Of a stretch of 61,697 nucleotides of DNA, positions 17,756 to 26,586 are shown one piece after another; within the stretch, counting starts at the first letter, position 1; every line of letters begins with the position of its first letter. The notes under the pieces are model-generated. The model ran no database searches. It was not told the DNA's origin and saw only the letters and a list, made by a program, of their open reading frames with translations. The stretch lies in the IMG/VR virus record IMGVR_UViG_3300002485_000002, positions 1 through 61,697 of that record; one strand, written 5' to 3'. The stretch is from a virus. Its lineage: Duplodnaviria > Caudoviricetes. Made by a program: the position numbers and the translations under genes.

Positions 17756-18004
17756 TCACGTCGCTGTATCATCGGCGGGACTATCTTCCCGCCTTTCACC
17801 ATCACGAGCCAAACGGTGACGATGTTTCAGCTTCTCAGCATCCAAGTGGGCTGCAAGTTCATTGGCTGCCTCAGTGAAACGGTTGCCTGCGGAGGCGGAG
17901 ATTGACACATTGGACCTGTCTGGACTATCAACATCATATTTTGGCTCAGACTTGAGAAAAGCCTCTCCCGTCTCTTCCAACATTTGATATGGTCCTTTTA
18001 TCAT
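17756..18004 (-). CDS. 82-aa protein resembling the portal N-terminus
   Basis: ATGA-coupled; GEAFLKSEPKY and NRFTEAANELAAHL align to portal residues 24-80. Confidence 0.7.
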   Translation of the reverse strand: MIKGPYQMLEETGEAFLKSEPKYDVDSPDRSNVSISASAGNRFTEAANELAAHLDAEKLKHRHRLARDGERREDSPADDTAT

Positions 18005-19239
18005 GATGCTCTCCGTATCAATTCATAGGGTACGCCCGCGCGCGCTCTCAAGTCCAGCCGCTCCATCAACTCGGCATCGAAGGCAGCCTGGCCGGAGTGC
18101 TGAAAACTTTCCTCGGGAGTGGCGCAATAATTCGTAAGGAAGATATTCAGCGTAGATGAACTTGGCCCCACGTGCCCATCGCCGTCGCCCTGCGCTGCTC
18201 TTCGAGTCGTCTCCCACCAATACATTTGCTCTGGTGAAGGACTGTAGCGATAACCAACCAGCCTTGGGCTGGTATCCTCAATCTTGCGAGCAGCCAGTAC
18301 GGTAGTTTCGAAGGGTCGCCAGTCAACAGGCGGATTGCGTCGATAGCGCTTCGGCTCAATATACCAGGGGGTGAAGCTATAGATCCAATCGACGCGGCGG
18401 CCTGCTCGGACAGCTTCACTAAAACTATGCCACCAGTTGCCTCGACCGTTTGCGGCGCTTTCCAAAAAAGCGAGGGTGTCGATCGACCGGGGCAAGGTCG
18501 GGAAGAAATCGTTCTCGATTGTCAGCGGATATTCCCAGGAGGCACATTCGGTAAGATGACCAGTCGGAAAGTTGCTTCCCTGCCCGATGCCAGTATGTTG
18601 AAGACCCTGCTGGTAAAGAATATGCGAATTGAGCCGATCAAAATGAAGATGTTGAGACTTCACATCAAAACCGATAGAAGGATGAAGAAACCAAGGAAGG
18701 TTGTCGAGAATTAACTTGTCGCGCCGGTAGAGTTCAAGGATCTTACCCTCACTGACGGAGGCGGCAAGCGAACGGGTATTCTTGTGAAACAGGACGCGGT
18801 GAAGCATTAGGGCGCGGGCCAACATCGTAGCTCCCAATTGGCGAGCTTTGTGACAGGCGATCCGAATACCGTCGGCTATTTTGGCACGGTCGAAGGAGTC
18901 CCACTGGGATTCTTCCGCCTGGCCGATGAGCTTGAGCATGATTTCCTGGGAAGCCCAGAAGGTCATCGGGCCGACGCCGCCTCCCATCTCGGGGTCAATG
19001 TCGATGGTGGCGTAGCGTTCGGCGAAGTAGCGGAAGTCGCACATCGACAACAGCACTTCGTTGATGCAGAACAGGCTCTCCTCGCGGGTCAGCGGACGCT
19101 TCAATCCCTTGTCAGTCACCAGCGAGTGAATCTCAAGAGCGCGGCCCTGCGACTCAGACGGGGCGTGTCGCTTGAGGCGGACTTTCGTTGCGCTCTCGAC
19201 CTGCTCAGTGCGGCGAAGGATGATCTTGTCGGAGTACAC
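18001..19239 (-). CDS. terL: Terminase large subunit, stand-alone ATPase domain
   Basis: KARQLGAT Walker A, HLTECASW Walker B, ESAANG motif III, FTPWY, YCATPEESF. Confidence 0.9.
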   Translation of the reverse strand: MYSDKIILRRTEQVESATKVRLKRHAPSESQGRALEIHSLVTDKGLKRPLTREESLFCINEVLLSMCDFRYFAERYATIDIDPEMGGGVGPMTFWASQEIMLKLIGQAEESQWDSFDRAKIADGIRIACHKARQLGATMLARALMLHRVLFHKNTRSLAASVSEGKILELYRRDKLILDNLPWFLHPSIGFDVKSQHLHFDRLNSHILYQQGLQHTGIGQGSNFPTGHLTECASWEYPLTIENDFFPTLPRSIDTLAFLESAANGRGNWWHSFSEAVRAGRRVDWIYSFTPWYIEPKRYRRNPPVDWRPFETTVLAARKIEDTSPRLVGYRYSPSPEQMYWWETTRRAAQGDGDGHVGPSSSTLNIFLTNYCATPEESFQHSGQAAFDAELMERLDLRARAGVPYELIRRAS

Positions 19240-19497
19240 TCAGTCCTTCAACTCAATCATATCCTTCAGCCTGAATCTCCGCTTACACTTCCAGCATGTC
19301 CCTACGCCGCCACTAGTTTCATTCGCGTCGTACCACTTTGTTGCAATAACCCCTCCTACTCCCCACCACATGCCGCGCCGCCCGTCTGGAAGTTCTACGA
19401 AATGGTTGCTATCCATGCCGTCGTCGGACAGATTGTACTCATCGTAGGGACAAAGAACAGGTATGCCATTGGCGGCATCGTCTTTCGTGGATTTCAT
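19240..19497 (-). CDS. Hypothetical protein
   Basis: ATGA-coupled; Cys pairs. Confidence 0.55.
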   Translation of the reverse strand: MKSTKDDAANGIPVLCPYDEYNLSDDGMDSNHFVELPDGRRGMWWGVGGVIATKWYDANETSGGVGTCWKCKRRFRLKDMIELKD

Positions 19498-19778
19498 TCC
19501 GTCTCCTGCCCCACCGGGCTGACGATGCCCTGCTTGCGACGCATCTCCTGACGCAACTGGGCTAGTTCGTCTACGTAGGTGATGGCGTCATCGTCAAACG
19601 GTAGAGCCTCTGGCGAGGGCTTGATGCCCAACAGCGCCGCCTCGACCAGGTTATACAGACGCCGCAGGCTCTCGTTAAGGACGCGAAGTTCGGCCAGCAT
19701 AGCCTGATTGATGACGTAAAACATCCCGAGCAGTGCCATACCAAAGAACAGCAGCAGAAACAGCGTGACGTACATCAT
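19494..19778 (-). CDS. Membrane-anchored hypothetical protein
   Basis: N-terminal transmembrane segment. Confidence 0.6.
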   Translation of the reverse strand: MMYVTLFLLLFFGMALLGMFYVINQAMLAELRVLNESLRRLYNLVEAALLGIKPSPEALPFDDDAITYVDELAQLRQEMRRKQGIVSPVGQETE

Positions 19779-20380
19779 GTTGGAATCTCCGGCTCGGCAG
19801 GGCGGCCCGGCCTGACCTGAACCATCTCGATGATCTTCTCCATGCCCTGATCGGGGCCGAAAGAGGCGGAGAAGGAGTTGAAGTTAGCGACCAGGGGGGC
19901 GTCGCCGGTGACCCCCAGCGCCTGCATCATTATGTGGCGGGATTCGAGGTCGCCGGGCTTCTGGATGACCCCATGACCCGAGCAGCGCGGGCAGAGCGAC
20001 TTCGACTTGCGGCTGAGTTTGCCCTTGCCCCGGCAAGTCGGGCACAGATCGGTGAAGGAGGCGGCATCGGAGGCGATGTTTTCCATCACCTTGGGAGCGA
20101 ACGTGGACATCGCCATCAGGCCCAAGTTGACCTGATGACGCCGCCAGACATCCTGAAGGTCGGTCAATGTGACGGCATGATGGCGGCAGAGCGTCACTAG
20201 CGTCATACGGGAGTTGCGCGGGTCGGTCATGGAGGTCTGCAAGTCACGGAACCGTTGCTCCTCCTGGAGAGCAAGGGCGGCGGTAAACTCCCCCAACGGG
20301 ACGTTATGAAAGAACTTGTGCATCGAGGCGTCGTAGCGGGGGTTGTCAGGGACCGGGCGATTGTCGAGGTCGCGTTTCAT
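19775..20380 (-). CDS. Probable terminase small subunit with CxxCxGxG zinc-finger insertion
   Basis: Upstream of terL; CPTCRGKG...CPRCSGHG; helical core. Confidence 0.5.
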   Translation of the reverse strand: MKRDLDNRPVPDNPRYDASMHKFFHNVPLGEFTAALALQEEQRFRDLQTSMTDPRNSRMTLVTLCRHHAVTLTDLQDVWRRHQVNLGLMAMSTFAPKVMENIASDAASFTDLCPTCRGKGKLSRKSKSLCPRCSGHGVIQKPGDLESRHIMMQALGVTGDAPLVANFNSFSASFGPDQGMEKIIEMVQVRPGRPAEPEIPT

Positions 20381-20601
20381 GTCACCTTCCGATCCACATT
20401 GGGGATTTCCAAACCTTCAAGAAGCGTCCAGTTGTCGATTAAGCCGACCCTGTGTAGCTGCATGTATAACATCATTCTCTCAATGTTGCTGATGGACAAA
20501 AGCGCCCCCGGAGCGATGTAGAACTGACGAAGGAGTTCTTGTGCTCGATCAAAGCGCGGAAGCGCTAAAATCGGAAGCGTCAACAGAAAACGACGGGTCA
20601 T
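20377..20601 (-). CDS. 74-aa protein: TRRFL leader fused to a copy of portal residues 528-584
   Basis: GGAGGAG RBS; 41/57 identical residues by manual alignment. Confidence 0.85.
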   Translation of the reverse strand: MTRRFLLTLPILALPRFDRAQELLRQFYIAPGALLSISNIERMMLYMQLHRVGLIDNWTLLEGLEIPNVDRKVT

Positions 20602-21326
20602 GTTATCTCCTCCGGGGCGGTGTTCCCAAATAAAGCATAGTACTCAGGCGAGGCTCCTGCAACGCCCCACTTCTTTCGAAAGTAAGCCCGGTTGCGGTCA
20701 GCCTGCTTTTGGATGGCATGGGCCTCAGCATCGGGAGCGGCTTTGAGAGTCTGACTGGCGTGGTGCAGGAATGGCAGATCGAGCGAACAGGCGGTGATGC
20801 CCGCACGATGCAGGCGCACGTGGTAATCCCAGTCCTCGCAAAAGGCGATCTTGAAGTTCTCATCAAATGGGCCGACGCGGTCCCAGGCAGAGCGCCGGAT
20901 GAGGAAACAAGAGAAGTCGGGATGGGGGCGTTTCAAGGCCGGGTCGGGAGGCAGGTACGGACTGCCGATCTTCTCTCGCTCTCTTACGCCGATTCCAGTA
21001 ACGAACTCCCCGCCATCTTCCACTAGTCGTCTATACGTATCGGGCCGAAGCTCTACGTCATTGTTCACCACCAAAACGTAGTCTTCGCTCTGTGCGAATA
21101 TCCACCGCAACCCGGCATTCCAAGATTCAGCCACTGATCGGGGCGGGCGGGAATGCCAGATACCAAGATCGGCTTCGGAATCATTCGGCAGCCATCGGCT
21201 GATGCCCTCGTCGCTGTTGTCTATCAACAGAATGAAGAGGTTGCCGATGTCCTGAGCATAGAAGCTGGCAAGAGCGGGGCGAGTAAGATGCAGGCTATTG
21301 CGGTGAGGACAGAGAATCCAGTTCAT
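20598..21326 (-). CDS. Glycosyltransferase, GT2 family
   Basis: LIDNS, WNAG, VVNNDV, VGPFDENF..FCEDWDY. Confidence 0.9.
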   Translation of the reverse strand: MNWILCPHRNSLHLTRPALASFYAQDIGNLFILLIDNSDEGISRWLPNDSEADLGIWHSRPPRSVAESWNAGLRWIFAQSEDYVLVVNNDVELRPDTYRRLVEDGGEFVTGIGVREREKIGSPYLPPDPALKRPHPDFSCFLIRRSAWDRVGPFDENFKIAFCEDWDYHVRLHRAGITACSLDLPFLHHASQTLKAAPDAEAHAIQKQADRNRAYFRKKWGVAGASPEYYALFGNTAPEEIT

Positions 21327-21339
21327 CGACATCCTCTTT

Positions 21340-21822
21340 TCACTGAAGAATTGCCGCCAACGCTGTGGTCTTTCCCCGCGTATACTCAACTTTTGCCATA
21401 GCGAGGGCTTGTTTATATTCATCCCACGTGTCTATGCCCTTATGATTAGCCAACGCTACGGCTCTCGCTTGTTCATACTTCACTTGTGCTGGAGCTATTG
21501 CACGGTAGTACTCCACCCACACTGGACTTACATCCTCTTGGGTTGCAACGGTCATCACCCAAAGGCAATCCCCCAAACCATTCGCATTGAGGATCACTGT
21601 CAAATTAATCGGCTCGTTGCATTGTACGGAGGTTAGTCCTCCCAGGATGCTGTCTAGATGCTCGGGGTTCGCATCTGGGGCCAAGCCGATCAAAAATAAC
21701 AAGCTAGCGAAGCGCTCAGATATGCACGCTAGGGACCAACCGCTGACAAAACCGGTGTCTGCCGCTGCCGCCACACAAGCGCGATGCTTGTTTATTAGGT
21801 TGATGGTTGTGGTCAGTGTCAT
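21340..21822 (-). CDS. Hypothetical phage protein
   Basis: MTLTTTINLI..H..C...EPI....IL..NGL.DCLW pattern common in phage accessory genes; AT-richer than flanks. Confidence 0.6.
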   Translation of the reverse strand: MTLTTTINLINKHRACVAAAADTGFVSGWSLACISERFASLLFLIGLAPDANPEHLDSILGGLTSVQCNEPINLTVILNANGLGDCLWVMTVATQEDVSPVWVEYYRAIAPAQVKYEQARAVALANHKGIDTWDEYKQALAMAKVEYTRGKTTALAAILQ

Positions 21823-22334
21823 TTCACGGCCTCCAGTGATAATACCCACCAATCCCGAGCGGCGCTCATGCCCGAAATCGCCCGCCAATCAAAGGGCTTG
21901 ATCTGCGCCCAACGAACGCAGTCATCGCCTGCTAGGGTAAGAGCCAGGCTTTGACGGCGAAAACCCCAACGGTGTCTGTCGCTTTCCAGCCCCTGGTAGG
22001 CCCCATACAGGTTGACGCAATAGATGTAGTCGTTGATCTGCCCGAGAATCCAGCGCTGAGCGAGTTGCCAGAGGTCGGGGACAAACACGAGCAGGCTGCC
22101 TCCAGGGGCGAGAACACGCCAACACTCTCGAATCAAGCCATCACCCTCACCGCAGCCAAAGTGTTCGAGGACATGATGCAGGCAGACGATTTCGGCGCTC
22201 CCGGTCGGGAAGGGCAGGACAGCGCCGTCAGCGAGCACGTCGGGAACCTGATCGGGCGGGCGAGAGACGAGGTCGATATTGGTCCAGCTTTCCCCGAAGC
22301 GGCGCTGACCGCTGCCGATGTTGAGTTTCAGCAT
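21819..22334 (-). CDS. SAM-dependent methyltransferase (type 11-like)
   Basis: LNIGSG, W.NID, HVLEHF, RVLAPGG. Confidence 0.9.
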   Translation of the reverse strand: MLKLNIGSGQRRFGESWTNIDLVSRPPDQVPDVLADGAVLPFPTGSAEIVCLHHVLEHFGCGEGDGLIRECWRVLAPGGSLLVFVPDLWQLAQRWILGQINDYIYCVNLYGAYQGLESDRHRWGFRRQSLALTLAGDDCVRWAQIKPFDWRAISGMSAARDWWVLSLEAVK

Positions 22335-22685
22335 CTACTCCTCTATTAGCTGCATCGCGTCTACATTCATCATCCGTTCGACCCGGTAATCGGTATTGGC
22401 AGCCCGGCTAAAGCGAGCAACCGCCTCGATGAAGGAGCCGCCCCTTGAGTACATTAGCGTCATAGACTGCGCTTCTCCTTGGACTAGCCATCGTGCTGCA
22501 CCCTCAGGAGCCTGCCGATTGTAACTGATACGTATTGCCCGATCTGGGTTTTGGATCAGCCAGCGGCGAATCCAGAAGATCGTTCGGGGGTTCATGCGCA
22601 ACTCCTGTTTCTGAGCAGGACATTCTCGGCGCCAACAGTTCCGAGCAAGCCAACGACGCATCAAAACGATGGTTTTGGAGTTCAC
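22335..22685 (-). CDS. Hypothetical protein with duplicated N-terminus
   Basis: MNSKTIVLMRRWL / MNPRTIFWIRRWL. Confidence 0.5.
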   Translation of the reverse strand: MNSKTIVLMRRWLARNCWRRECPAQKQELRMNPRTIFWIRRWLIQNPDRAIRISYNRQAPEGAARWLVQGEAQSMTLMYSRGGSFIEAVARFSRAANTDYRVERMMNVDAMQLIEE

Positions 22686-22912
22686 GTGCTCACCTCTTTG
22701 CCTACAAGTTCCCTAAGTTGCTCAAACTGGCCCGGCTCCAACTGGTCAATGTTGTAAACAACAAGTGGTGAGCCATCTAAATCCGTCGCACGTATCAGGA
22801 GTGCCATGATAGCCCACTTCTCCTTCATCGCTTTGCCAACAGCTTCCATCTGCCATGTAGATATTCTCCGCCTATCCCAAATCACGATTATGCGTTTTGA
22901 TTCTTGCGTCAT
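22682..22912 (-). CDS. Hypothetical protein
   Basis: Start and stop overlap the neighbouring genes. Confidence 0.55.
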   Translation of the reverse strand: MTQESKRIIVIWDRRRISTWQMEAVGKAMKEKWAIMALLIRATDLDGSPLVVYNIDQLEPGQFEQLRELVGKEVST

Positions 22913-23523
22913 ACGTGCTCCAGCAGAACGTTCTCCGCGTCCTGCATGACCAACTGAAAACCCGGCAGCATGGCCAGCAGTTCCGAGCGCACGGCCTGTC
23001 CCTCGTACATCTCGCACTCATAGGCTTCCATGTAGAGCCAGTGGGTACGGGCCAAGGTCTTTCGACCGCCCTCGATCATGTCGCGCTCGGCTCCCTGGAT
23101 GTCAGCCCATAAGAGATGAATTGGGCCAATGGGTAGTTCCCGCCCTGCAAGTTTATCTAATGTAACGCAGGGTACCTCGATAGTTTGGTCGAATCGGCAC
23201 CAGGGCCAGTGCTCCTGATGCAAGAGCGGCTGCCGGATTGAACTAGAAGCAGGAACCACACCAACATCGTTGTCGCTTAGGTGTAGGGTAATCATGCCCG
23301 TGTAGGATGCGATTGCAGCCTCCACCATCTGAAACCCCCATATTTGGCGTAGCAAGGGATAGTGGCGTGGATCGGCCTCAACGGCAAGATATTTGGGCGC
23401 TCCAGAGCACAGACTCCGCAACCAGACTGTATCATTCCCCCGATGAGCGCCTAACTCAATCACCGTAGGATCGGGGATAGTCCGTAGGATGTCGGCAATC
23501 CGCTCCCTCACTGCTGCCCCCAT
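22909..23523 (-). CDS. FkbM-family methyltransferase
   Basis: ELGAHRG, EADP, VTLD, ADIQGAE..IEG, YEGQ. Confidence 0.9.
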   Translation of the reverse strand: MGAAVRERIADILRTIPDPTVIELGAHRGNDTVWLRSLCSGAPKYLAVEADPRHYPLLRQIWGFQMVEAAIASYTGMITLHLSDNDVGVVPASSSIRQPLLHQEHWPWCRFDQTIEVPCVTLDKLAGRELPIGPIHLLWADIQGAERDMIEGGRKTLARTHWLYMEAYECEMYEGQAVRSELLAMLPGFQLVMQDAENVLLEHV

Positions 23524-24173
23524 TTTTCTGCGAAGATTCGCGCACCTTCGGCGGTATCAGCCGTTCCCTTTCGCATGTAGGTGTTCATACAGGGCGAATG
23601 GAAACCGTGTTTGACGATTACGTCGGCTATGAGCAGGTTCCAGCCTACTCGGCGGATACGTTCGCAATAGTCGAAGTCGTCATGCCCGTAGCTGGTGAAC
23701 TGTTCGTCCCACCCGCCAATCAGGTCGATGATCGCCCGGCGAATGTAGATCAAAATGAAAGCGAGCCTGGTAGCAGTAATAGCCCAGTAACGGTAGTCCG
23801 CTTTCACGACTTGCTGTTCTACGATTCCGCAGCCTCCGTCAATTCGGGGAGAAACGACCGCGATCTTGGAGCGCATATATGCGGCGTCTTGTAGTCGCTT
23901 AACCGTATCTGGAGTGATAAACTGCGTGTCGTCGGACGCCATTAGAACGTCAGCCCTACCGGCCGCCAGCAGCCCCAAGTTGATGTTACGAGGCATGACG
24001 TAGGGCTGCGGGCCTTCGACCACTGCCCAATCTGACGGAGGTTCGATCGCCGGGCCGTCGCGGACCAGGATTTTGCGACAGAAGGTGTCCGGCTCGTACT
24101 GCTGCTGTGAACACAGGAACTGAGCGAAGATGTCCGGGTAGCAGGCTGGAACGACTAAGGCTACCTCTCGCAT
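23508..24173 (-). CDS. Glycosyltransferase, GT2 family
   Basis: NLG, SDD, IGGWDEQF..YGHDDFDY. Confidence 0.85.
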   Translation of the reverse strand: MREVALVVPACYPDIFAQFLCSQQQYEPDTFCRKILVRDGPAIEPPSDWAVVEGPQPYVMPRNINLGLLAAGRADVLMASDDTQFITPDTVKRLQDAAYMRSKIAVVSPRIDGGCGIVEQQVVKADYRYWAITATRLAFILIYIRRAIIDLIGGWDEQFTSYGHDDFDYCERIRRVGWNLLIADVIVKHGFHSPCMNTYMRKGTADTAEGARIFAEKWGQQ

Positions 24174-25105
24174 AGGCCTATCCTCTGAAAGATTTCATTA
24201 AACCGGCGCTCATAGGTGTGATCCCGCAGGCAGCGCTCGTAGCCACGACGGGCGATGGCCATTCGTTCGCTGCTGTGGGCAAGATAGTAGCGAACCTTAT
24301 CCACTAGATCGCCTAGCCCCTCAAACACACCAATCTCTTTGCCGAGTTCAAAGTAGTCGCCCAAGTTATCGGCTACATTCGTCAGGAGGAACCCTCCGCA
24401 GGAGGGAACCTCGAAGTTCCGCCCCTTGATCTGACGACAGCCCGGCTGGGCAGCCTCAGCGAAGTTCAGGTTGATCTTGCTACTGCCGAAAACGCGGATC
24501 ATATCCTCCTGGGTGAGCCTGCCGTTTCCATGATTCGGACCCCAGACTTGAACATTGATGCCCGCGTCTCGAAGCGCGTTGAGATAGAGATGGCGATCCC
24601 CATGCGAGCGTCCGACAAAAGTTACAGAGTGCTCCCAATCCCTATCCCTCTCGTAGAGGATAGGGTTCGCTCCCCACTGGCTCTTGATGACATTCGTGTA
24701 GCCGATGGAGGCGTACTTGGCCGGAGCCTCGCTGGCGGTAGTGACGATCCAGTTGAAGCACGGCGCCCACTGACAGGAGAAGCTGTCCCACCGCCAGTGG
24801 TCGTCGCAGAACCAATGAAGCGTGGTGGTGAGGCCGCTGTCGGAAATCCGCCGCATGGTCTCGCGGCTGACCTCGTCGTACATGAAACAGGCGAACAGCA
24901 AATCGGGTCGTTCGTCTTTGACAAGCTGTTCCAGATCGCGGTTCATCGCCTCGTTCCCTTGTCGGCGAGAGTTCTGGAAGTAGTCGAAGTAGATGATCCT
25001 GTGTCCCATCTGCCGCAGGGAATCGTAGAAGTTGTAGTGCTCGAAGCTGCGCCCGGCGGTCGGATCGCCGTAGTCCCACTCGTTAGCTACGTAGAGAATG
25101 TTCAT
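24161..25105 (-). CDS. CgeB-like GT-B glycosyltransferase
   Basis: WFCDD, FVG...R, SKINLN, KGRNFEV..CGGFLL, HTYERR. Confidence 0.88.
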   Translation of the reverse strand: MNILYVANEWDYGDPTAGRSFEHYNFYDSLRQMGHRIIYFDYFQNSRRQGNEAMNRDLEQLVKDERPDLLFACFMYDEVSRETMRRISDSGLTTTLHWFCDDHWRWDSFSCQWAPCFNWIVTTASEAPAKYASIGYTNVIKSQWGANPILYERDRDWEHSVTFVGRSHGDRHLYLNALRDAGINVQVWGPNHGNGRLTQEDMIRVFGSSKINLNFAEAAQPGCRQIKGRNFEVPSCGGFLLTNVADNLGDYFELGKEIGVFEGLGDLVDKVRYYLAHSSERMAIARRGYERCLRDHTYERRFNEIFQRIGLCER

Positions 25106-25338
25106 GACTTGTTCGCTTGAATCGCCTCAGGCATCAACTGAAGTCCTAGACCTACGCCCATAGCGTGCTTCTCGGCACGCTCCAGCGCCATGAGAATGGC
25201 ATCGATCTGATATGACGTTAGTTTCAGCGTCATGCCGTTCTTTAGGACTACTATCCCGCCTCGTGAACCTTCGCTATCCTGTATCGCCACCACCTCATCC
25301 AGATTCACGTAAATGTCCCTATCTCGGTATATCATCAT
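25102..25338 (-). CDS. Hypothetical protein
   Basis: Tightly coupled ORF; C-terminus weakly similar to the portal tail. Confidence 0.55.
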   Translation of the reverse strand: MMIYRDRDIYVNLDEVVAIQDSEGSRGGIVVLKNGMTLKLTSYQIDAILMALERAEKHAMGVGLGLQLMPEAIQANKS

Positions 25339-26058
25339 TCACTCCATCACCACTCCCGCCACTCTCGCCATCGCCTCATGCCCCACTGCTTTCTCCCCAA
25401 AGCTACTGGTCAACCCTGCGTTATGCACCACATGTGGATGCACCGCACCCACCTTGAATCCTGCCCCTCTGATCCTCTGTGTGTACTCCCAGTCTTCCGA
25501 CTTGGCCACCCCCACAACTTTGGCATCCAGCATCCCGAACCTGTCCCACGTCTGCCACTCCATCAACCAACTCAGCCCGCCGACCGTGTAGTATTCGCGG
25601 ATCTCGCCGTGCGGATAAGGGGTAACGGGCGCGGGTCGGCCCACCTCTATACCCTCGATGGCGTGGTAAGGATGGTTATATCCCCCAAGAATCCTGTAGC
25701 CCTCCACGCATGCTGCGGGCCACGCGACCAGCAGCCTCTCCAACCATCCGGGGGTGAAGTAGGCGTCGTTGTCGCTCATGTAGAGCAAATCCCCCCGGCT
25801 CCAATACAGTTCCGCCGCCCGGATGCCGAGATTGCGTACCAGCCCGACGATGCCCTTGGAGCGAGATAAGCGGACAATGACAGTATCATCACGCCCGGTA
25901 GTCGTCAGATCGAGGACGCCCCGAGTCTGGAGTTGTGAGCCATCATCAACAACAGTTAGACTGAATGAACCGCGCTCGGTGTGGGCGTAGAGCGAAGACA
26001 GCGCCTGCTCGGTAAGGCGAGGGCGATCCTTGACTAGCATGACGATGTTGACGGTCAT
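25339..26058 (-). CDS. Glycosyltransferase, GT2 family
   Basis: VVDDGS, RNLG, SDNDAYF..GWL, SEDWEY. Confidence 0.9.
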   Translation of the reverse strand: MTVNIVMLVKDRPRLTEQALSSLYAHTERGSFSLTVVDDGSQLQTRGVLDLTTTGRDDTVIVRLSRSKGIVGLVRNLGIRAAELYWSRGDLLYMSDNDAYFTPGWLERLLVAWPAACVEGYRILGGYNHPYHAIEGIEVGRPAPVTPYPHGEIREYYTVGGLSWLMEWQTWDRFGMLDAKVVGVAKSEDWEYTQRIRGAGFKVGAVHPHVVHNAGLTSSFGEKAVGHEAMARVAGVVME

Positions 26059-26400
26059 TCAAGGACTCCGCCTATTCAAGTAAGCGCAATGCAGAAACTC
26101 AACATAGTAGCGGAGATCAGCCACTGACCGCTCCAGCTCATCAAGGCGCTTGACAAGTTCCTCAAAGCGCTTGAGTATTTCACAAATATCATGCACCGAA
26201 TGCTCTAGTCCCTCAATGCGATCGCGTAACACACGTATGTCTGCATCCAGGTAGAGGAGATCCTGGCGTCTATCAAGCTCGTTTTGAGGTCCAGCGTGCA
26301 TCATAGGTCCGTGACCGTGTGGACACAGCGCCCCACCGTACCTCATTGGGGCTGTTGCCCCGCATACCAAGCAGACATCGTAAGCAGCTTGATTCGTCAT
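26059..26400 (-). CDS. Zn-ribbon plus coiled-coil hypothetical protein
   Basis: CxxCGAT...C..GHG.M, also present in 43438-43728. Confidence 0.55.
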   Translation of the reverse strand: MTNQAAYDVCLVCGATAPMRYGGALCPHGHGPMMHAGPQNELDRRQDLLYLDADIRVLRDRIEGLEHSVHDICEILKRFEELVKRLDELERSVADLRYYVEFLHCAYLNRRSP

Positions 26401-26448
26401 ATCAGTTTGTTCTTCATCACGACCGACAGTCCCTTCATGTAGGGGCTT

Positions 26449-26586
26449 TCATGGCAACTTGACTCCGTTCACGACCAGAAAAGCCTTGATCCAAGGGAAT
26501 CCGACCTTCAGGAACCATGTGAAAACGAGATAGAGCGCAAATAACTCGATTATCACAACCGTCCAAAACCAAGTACGTTCGCTCAT
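26449..26586 (-). CDS. Small membrane protein (45 aa, not in ORF track)
   Basis: GGAGGTGA RBS; MSERTWFWTVVIIELFALYLVFTWFLKVGF... Confidence 0.5.
   Translation of the reverse strand: MSERTWFWTVVIIELFALYLVFTWFLKVGFPWIKAFLVVNGVKLP

Noticed and set aside
17523-18000. Intron or split intein joining the terminase halves
   Set aside because: No P3/P7 core or intein terminal motifs seen; the gap holds two coupled ORFs.
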